Shown one piece after another: positions 1 through 7,406 of a stretch of 7,406 nt of DNA; position 1 is the stretch's first letter; each line of letters starts with the position of its first letter. Under the pieces are notes generated by a model. That model was not told the DNA's origin, did no database searches, and was given only the letters and a program-made list of their open reading frames with translations. The stretch is taken from IMG/VR virus record IMGVR_UViG_2751185958_000013. One strand, 5' to 3'. Made by a program: the position numbers and the translations under genes. This DNA comes from a virus (taxonomy: Duplodnaviria > Heunggongvirae > Uroviricota > Caudoviricetes).

Positions 1-285
1 GTCTTCGGTGAACGCACTCTGGCCACACTGGAGCGTCTTCTGAGCCTGCTGTCGGCCTTTGAGGTCGTGGTATGGATGACGGATGGCTGGCCGCTGTATG
101 AATCACGCCTGAAGGGAAAGCTGCACGTTATCAGCAAGCGTTACACTCAGCGCATTGAGCGACATAATCTGAATCTGAGACAACATCTGGCAAGGCTGGG
201 ACGGAAGTCACTGTCGTTCTCAAAATCGGTGGAGCTGCATGACAAGGTCATCGGGTATTATCTGAACATAAAACACTATCAGTAA
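1..285 (+). CDS. insB: IS1 transposase InsB, C-terminal part (5' end lies outside the window)
   Basis: Open frame 1 from base 1 to TAA at 283-285; the ORF track's 67..285 product ends ...[23 protein letters not shown], typical of InsB. The stop codon lies inside the terminal inverted repeat, as in IS1. Confidence 0.88.
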   Translation, partial: VFGERTLATLERLLSLLSAFEVVVWMTDGWPLYESRLKGKLHVISKRYTQRIERHNLNLRQHLARLGRKSLSFSKSVELHDKVIGYYLNIKHYQ

Positions 286-300
286 GTTGGAGTCATTACC
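278..300 (+). repeat. IS1 right terminal inverted repeat (about 23 bp)
   Basis: atcagtaagttggagtcattacc at 278..300 matches the IS1 IRR consensus from memory with one mismatch; the yfaL-like frame begins immediately after it. Confidence 0.75.
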
Positions 301-3300
301 AACACTGCCGAAGGTTATGGCGGGGCGATATATACCAATAGCGCGACGGCTCCCTATCTTATTGATATTTCTGTTGATGACAGCTACAGCCAGAACGGCG
401 GCGTGTTAGTGGATGAGAACAACAGCGCAGCAGGCTATGGAGATGGTCCTTCCACTGCGGCGGGTGGCTTTATGTATCTCGGCTTAAGTGAAGTTACCTT
501 TGATATTGCCGACGGAAAAACGCTGGTTATCGGCAATACAGAGAATGACGGAGCTGTTGACTCTATTGCTGGTACCGGGTTGATCACCAAAACAGGTTCC
601 GGCGATCTGGTACTTAATGCAGATAACAATGACTTTACTGGCGAGATGCAGATTGAAAACGGTGAAGTTACCCTGGGCCGCAGCAACTCCCTGATGAATG
701 TCGGCGATACGCATTGCCAGGACGATCCGCAAGACTGCTACGGTCTGACGATAGGGAGTATTGATAAGTACTAGAATCAGGCAGAGCTAAACGTTGGCTC
801 CACCCAACAAACCTTTGTGCACTCATTGACGGGCTTTCAGAATGGCACTTTAAATATCGATGCTGGTGGCAATGTTACTGTTAATCAAGGTAGTTTTGCT
901 GGCACCATCGAAGGTGCTGGTCAGCTCACCATTGCGCAAAACGGCAGCTACGTGCTGTCGGGGGCGCAGTCGATGGCGCTAACCGGCGATATAGTCGTTG
1001 ATGATGGTGCGGTGCTTTCGCTGGAAGGCGACGCGGCAGATCTCGCCGCTCTCCAGGACGATCCGCAGTCGATCGTGTTAAACGGCGGTGTGCTCGATCT
1101 CTCTGATTTCTCCACCTGGCAGAGCGGCACATCATACAATGATGGCCTTGAAGTCAGTGGCAGCAGCGGAACGGTTATCGGCAGTCAGGATGTGGTAGAT
1201 CTTGCAGGTGGCGACAATTTGCATATCGGCGGCGACGGGAAAGATGGCGTCTACGTGGTGGTCGATGCGAGCGACGGGCAGGTAAGTCTGGCAAACAATA
1301 ATAGTTATTTGGGCACAACACAAATCGCCTCCGGTACGCTGATGGTGAGCGACAACTCGCAGCTTGGAGATACCCACTATAACCGCCAGGTTATCTTTAC
1401 CGATAAGCAACAAGAAAGCGTGATGGAGATTACTGCCAATGTCGATACTCGCACTACGACGACTGAGCATGGGCGTGATATTGAAATGCGCGCCGACGGT
1501 GAAGTGGCAGTTGATGCGGGGGTAGACACGCAGTGGGGCGCACTGATGGCTGACAGCAGCGGGCAGCATCAGGATGAGGGTAGCACATTTACTAAAACGG
1601 GGGCGGGTACGCTGGAGCTGACCGCCAGCGGTACAACGCAGTCGGCAGTACGTGTCGAAGAAGGCACCCTGAAAGGCGATGTTGCGGATATCTTTCCTTA
1701 TGCTTCGTCACTGTGGGTCGGTGATGGGGCGACGTTCGTTACTGGCGCGGATCAGGATATTCAGTCTATCGATGCTACTTCCAGCGGCACTATCGATATC
1801 AGCGATGGTACGGTTTTGCGTCTGACCGGGCAGGATACTTCCGTCGCCCTTAATGCCTCATTGTTTAACGGCGATGGGACGCTGGTGAATGCTACCGATG
1901 GCGTGACGTTGACAGGTGAGCTTAATACCAACCTTGAAACTGACAGCCTGACCTATCTTGCCGACGTGACGGTTAATGGTGATCTGACCAATACGTCCGG
2001 TGCGGTTAGCCTGCAAAATGGCGTCGCTGGCGATACGCTAACGGTAAACGGTGATTATACCGGCGGCGGTACGCTACTGTTCGACAGCGAATTAAACGGC
2101 GATGACTCGGTAAGCGATCAATTGGTGATGAACGGTAATACTGCTGGCAACACAACTGTGGTGGTTAACTCCATTACAGGGATTGGTGAGCCGATATCGA
2201 CAGGCATTAAAGTGGTTGATTTCGCAGCTGATCCCACGCAGTTTCAAAACAATGCACAGTTCAGTCTGGCTGGCAGTGGCTACGTCAACATGGGAGCGTA
2301 TGACTACACGCTAGTGGAAGATAACAACGACTGGTATCTGCGATCGCAAGAAGTAACGCCGCCATCGCCACCTGATCCAGACCCGGACCCAACACCCGAT
2401 CCTGACCCAACACCCGATCCAATCCCCGCTTACCAGCCGGTGCTGAATGCCAAAGTTGGCGGTTATCTCAATAACCTGCGGGCGGCAAATCAGGCGTTTA
2501 TGATGGAGCGACGCGATCACGCTGGTGGCGATGGTCAGACGCTGAATTTACGTGTTATCGGCGGACGTTATCATTACACGGTGGCAGGGCAACTGGCTCA
2601 GCAGGAAGACACTTCTACGGTGCAGCTTAGCGGCGGCTTGTTTAGCGGGCGCTGGGGCACGGATGGCGAGTGGATGCTTGGGGCGGTTGGTGGCTACAGT
2701 GATAATCAGGGCGACAGCCGCTCGAATATGACCGGAACTCGCGCCGATAACCAGAACCACGGTTATGCCGTTGGGCTGACCTCAAGCTGGTATCAGCACG
2801 GTAATTAGAAGCAGGGGGCCTGGCTGGATAGCTGGCTGCAATACGCGTGGTTTAACAATGATGTTTCCGAACATGAAGATGGCGTGGATCGTTACCATTC
2901 GTCGGGGATTATCGCCTCGCTGGAAGCCGGGTATCAGTGGTTACCGGGGCGTGGTGTGGTGATTGAACCGCAGGCGCAGGTGATTTATCAGGACGTGCAG
3001 CAGGATGATTTTACCGCCGCTAACCATGCGCGCGTGTCACAATCGCAGGGGGATGATATTCAGACGCGGCTGGGTTTACACAGCGAATGGCGTACCGCGG
3101 TTGGTGTCACACCAACATTAGATCTGAATTATTATCACGATCCCCATGCGACGGAAATTGAAGAAGATGGCAGCACTATCAGTGACGATGCGGTGAAGCG
3201 ACGGGGTGAAATAAAAGTGGGAGTCACGGGCAATATCAGTCAGCGAGTGTCCCTGCGCGGCAGCGTGGCGTGGCAGAAAGGGAGTGATGATTTTGCCCAG

Positions 3301-3336
3301 ACGGCAGGGTTTTTGTCGATGACGGTGAAATGGTAA
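301..3336 (+). pseudogene. yfaL: yfaL-like AIDA-I-type autotransporter adhesin, inactivated: 5'-truncated by IS1 and interrupted by in-frame TAG codons at 772-774 and 2806-2808
   Basis: A single reading frame (frame 1) runs from 301 to TAA at 3334-3336, broken only by two TAG codons. The ORF-track pieces 403..774, 817..2808 and 2884..3336 are all in this frame. The translation has passenger-domain hallmarks (GYGGAIYT, repeated G/T/S/N/D-rich beta-helix-like repeats), a Pro-rich linker (PPSPPDPDPDPTPDPDPTPDPIP), and a C-terminal region ending ...FLSMTVKW with a terminal aromatic residue typical of autotransporter beta-barrels. There is no start codon or signal peptide after the IS1 end. Confidence 0.85.
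2359..2427 (+). repeat. Pro/Asp/Thr-rich linker coding repeat inside yfaL; 18-bp unit gacccaacacccgatcc(t/a) occurs twice in tandem at 2385..2420
   Basis: Direct reading: gacccaacacccgatcct (2385-2402) followed by gacccaacacccgatcca (2403-2420), preceded by degenerate gat-cca/gac-ccg units. It encodes PPSPPDPDPDPTPDPDPTPDPIP. Confidence 0.7.
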
Positions 3337-3358
3337 TCACTGTCTAGTCGGCACGGTT

Positions 3359-3392
<34 letters not shown>

Positions 3393-3403
3393 GGGGAGCA
3401 TTT

Positions 3404-3440
3404 GTAGGCCTGATAAGACGCGGCAAGCGTCGCATCAGGC
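3404..3440 (-). repeat. Second REP unit, inverted relative to the first; the two together form a BIME-like element
   Basis: gtaggcctgataagacgcggcaagcgtcgcatcaggc; its reverse complement (gcctgatgcgacgcttgccgcgtcttatcaggcctac) parallels the first REP at 3359-3392. Confidence 0.7.
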
Positions 3441-3463
3441 ATTGGCTCGGCCAAACAACAACC

Positions 3464-4186
3464 TCACTTATTCTGCGTGTGCAGCATATAGTTCACATCC
3501 ACGCCGGGGCCGAGTTTAAAAGTATTAGTGAGCGGGTTGTAATGTAGCCCGGTTATATGTCGCTCTTTAAGGCTTGTCTGATCTACCCAGCCAAGCAGTT
3601 CTGCCGGTTTAATAAACTTCTTCACATCATGCGTGCCTTTGGGCACCATGCGCAAAATATATTCCGCGCCAACCACCGCCATCAGCCATGACTTGCCGTT
3701 GCGGTTAAGCGTCGAGAAAAAGACATCGCCGCCTGGTTTCACCAGTTGCGCACAGGCTCTGACCACTGACTGCGGATCGGGGACGTGCTCCAGCATCTCC
3801 ATGCAGGTCACCACATCATACTGCCCGGCATGTTTTGCCGCGTGCTCTTCCACGGTTTCCTGCACATAATCCACCTGAATGCCGCTTTCCAGCGCGTGCA
3901 GTTTTGCCACCTGCAATGGCTCAAAGCCCATATCCAGACCGGTCACCGTCGCGCCTTCGCGCGCCATACTCTCGGCCAGAATGCCGCCGCCACAACCGAC
4001 ATCGAGCACCTTTTTGCCAAATAAACCGCCAGCACGCTCGGCAATATAGCCCAGACGCAGCGGGTTAATGCGGTGCAACGGTTTGAACTCACCTTCAAGA
4101 TCCCACCAGCGGGAGGCGACGGCTTCAAATTTAGCGATCTCTTCGTGGTCTACGTTATGGTTTTCCGGCGATTTTTCGGCATTCAT
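3464..4186 (-). CDS. ubiG: UbiG, SAM-dependent O-methyltransferase of ubiquinone biosynthesis (240 aa)
   Basis: Minus-strand ORF whose translation from [34 protein letters not shown]... to ...[10 protein letters not shown] matches E. coli UbiG, including the SAM-binding motif LDVGCGGG. I place the start at the ATG at 4184-4186 (minus strand) rather than the upstream in-frame ATG at 4234 used by the ORF track, because UbiG begins MNAEK and a GGAG Shine-Dalgarno precedes that ATG. Confidence 0.93.
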
Positions 4187-4249
4187 TGGCACTTCTACTC
4201 CGTAATTGGCAAGACAAACGAGTATATCAGGCATTGGATGTGAATAAAG

Positions 4250-4295
4250 CGTATAGGTTTACCTCAAACTGCGCGGCTGTGTTATAATTTGCGAC
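4250..4295 (+). promoter_or_regulatory. Candidate gyrA promoter with extended -10 (TGtTATAAT at 4280-4288)
   Basis: Perfect TATAAT at 4283-4288 preceded by TG at 4280-4281, about 45 nt upstream of the gyrA ATG; a purine-rich Shine-Dalgarno (agaggga) lies about 8-14 nt before the ATG at 4333. The -35 is weak or unclear, which fits an extended -10 promoter. The region is shared with divergent ubiG. Confidence 0.5.
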
Positions 4296-4332
4296 CTTTG
4301 AATCCGGGATACAGTAGAGGGATAGCGGTTAG

Positions 4333-6959
<2,627 letters not shown>

Positions 6960-6978
6960 TTTTACTTCTTCATGCCAA

Positions 6979-7000
6979 AAGGGAGCTATCTCCCTTGTTT
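6979..7000 (+). terminator. Rho-independent terminator hairpin downstream of gyrA
   Basis: aagggag (6979-6985), loop ctat, ctccctt (6990-6996) form a perfect 7-bp stem followed by gttt, about 20 nt after the gyrA stop. A second weaker hairpin (gtccag at 7011-7016 pairing with ctgggc at 7026-7031, followed by ttttg) is also present. Confidence 0.6.
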
Positions 7001-7078
7001 GAATTGAAAAGTCCAGGCTGCAAAGTCTGGGCTTTTGTCGTATTAGGGTACGGTAAAGTTTGGCTGTGCCCGTAAAAA

Positions 7079-7406
7079 TGAAGTGGCACACTGAATTTGG
7101 CCACCTGAACAGAGGTGATATGCTCACCTCAGAACAACACAGGTGCTCCAATGAAAAAAAGAAATTTTAGCGCAGAGTTTAAACGCGAATCCGCTCAACT
7201 GGTTGTTGACCAGAAATACACGGTGGCAGATGCCGCCAAAGCTATGGATGTTGGCCTTTCCACAATGACAAGATGGGTCAAACAACTGCGTGATGAGCGT
7301 CAGGGCAAAACACCAAAAGCCTCTCCGATAACACCAGAACAAATCGAAATACGTAAGCTGAGGAAAAAGCTACAACGCATTGAAATGGAGAATGAAATAT
7401 TAAAAA
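7079..7406 (+). mobile_element. IS911-like (IS3 family) insertion sequence, left end (continues beyond the window)
   Basis: From 7079 the sequence reads tgaagtggcacactgaatttggccacctgaacagagg..., consistent with the IS911 left inverted repeat (starting with TG as in IS3-family ends), followed 72 bp later by the orfA start. Confidence 0.85.
7151..7406 (+). CDS. insN: IS911 OrfA (InsN-type), the small helix-turn-helix transposase subunit of an IS3-family element; 3' end lies outside the window
   Basis: ATG at 7151. Translation [85 protein letters not shown] is near-identical to IS911 OrfA as I recall it, with the HTH region and the start of the leucine-zipper/frameshift region. Confidence 0.85.
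   Translation, partial: MKKRNFSAEFKRESAQLVVDQKYTVADAAKAMDVGLSTMTRWVKQLRDERQGKTPKASPITPEQIEIRKLRKKLQRIEMENEILK

Larger units (their letters stand above)
1..300 (+). mobile_element. IS1-family insertion sequence, 3' portion (the window starts inside the element); right terminus at 300
   Basis: Frame-1 translation of 1..285 ([17 protein letters not shown]...[13 protein letters not shown]) matches the C-terminus of IS1 InsB as I recall it, with some substitutions (variant isoform). The sequence ends ...atcagtaagttggagtcattacc at 300, which matches the canonical IS1 right end (GGTAATGACTCCAACTTATTGAT in reverse complement) with one mismatch. Confidence 0.9.

Noticed and set aside
1132-1569. 145-aa minus-strand ORF inside yfaL, plus other short antisense or alternative-frame ORFs (435..686, 484..732, 926..1135, 948..1139, 2311..2520, 2548..2760)
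   Set aside because: All lie within the yfaL coding frame on the other strand or in another frame and show no protein-like features; treated as spurious.
2359-2427. Possible CRISPR array or other spacer-repeat structure
   Set aside because: The repeats are only 18 bp, directly tandem with no spacers, and lie in frame within a coding sequence; this is a protein linker repeat.
1-3336. Possible InsB-YfaL translational fusion, because both share frame 1
   Set aside because: The InsB TAA at 283-285 separates them, followed by two further TAG codons; the shared frame is coincidental.
3633-4128. Short ORFs antisense to ubiG (3633..3869, 3785..4024, 3835..4068 on +; 3943..4128 on -)
   Set aside because: They overlap the well-supported ubiG CDS in other frames or on the other strand and have no independent signals.
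4187-4234. Upstream extension of ubiG to the ATG at 4234 ([16 protein letters not shown]-)
   Set aside because: UbiG orthologs begin MNAEK; the internal ATG at 4186 has a better-placed GGAG Shine-Dalgarno, and the extension would consume the promoter region.

Overview
This window is ordinary Escherichia/Shigella-type chromosomal backbone bracketed by two insertion sequences; I found no novel or undescribed system. Layout, left to right: the 3' end of an IS1 copy (insB C-terminus and right inverted repeat, ending at 300); a yfaL-like autotransporter adhesin pseudogene (301..3336, +) that is 5'-truncated by the IS1 and carries two in-frame TAG codons; a BIME-like pair of inverted REP units; ubiG (3464..4186, -); a divergent promoter region; gyrA (4333..6959, +); a terminator hairpin; and the left end of an IS911-like IS3-family element (from 7079, orfA from 7151). 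The points worth a second look are: (1) gyrA codon 83 is TTG (Leu), the classic quinolone-resistance substitution S83L; (2) the gyrA reading frame is broken by an apparent 1-nt deletion near 5594-5596, which in an essential gene is most likely a sequencing or assembly error; (3) yfaL is inactivated three ways (IS1 truncation plus two amber codons); (4) IS911 sits about 120 bp downstream of gyrA. All identifications rest on reading the supplied translations against recalled protein families; no database search was run.
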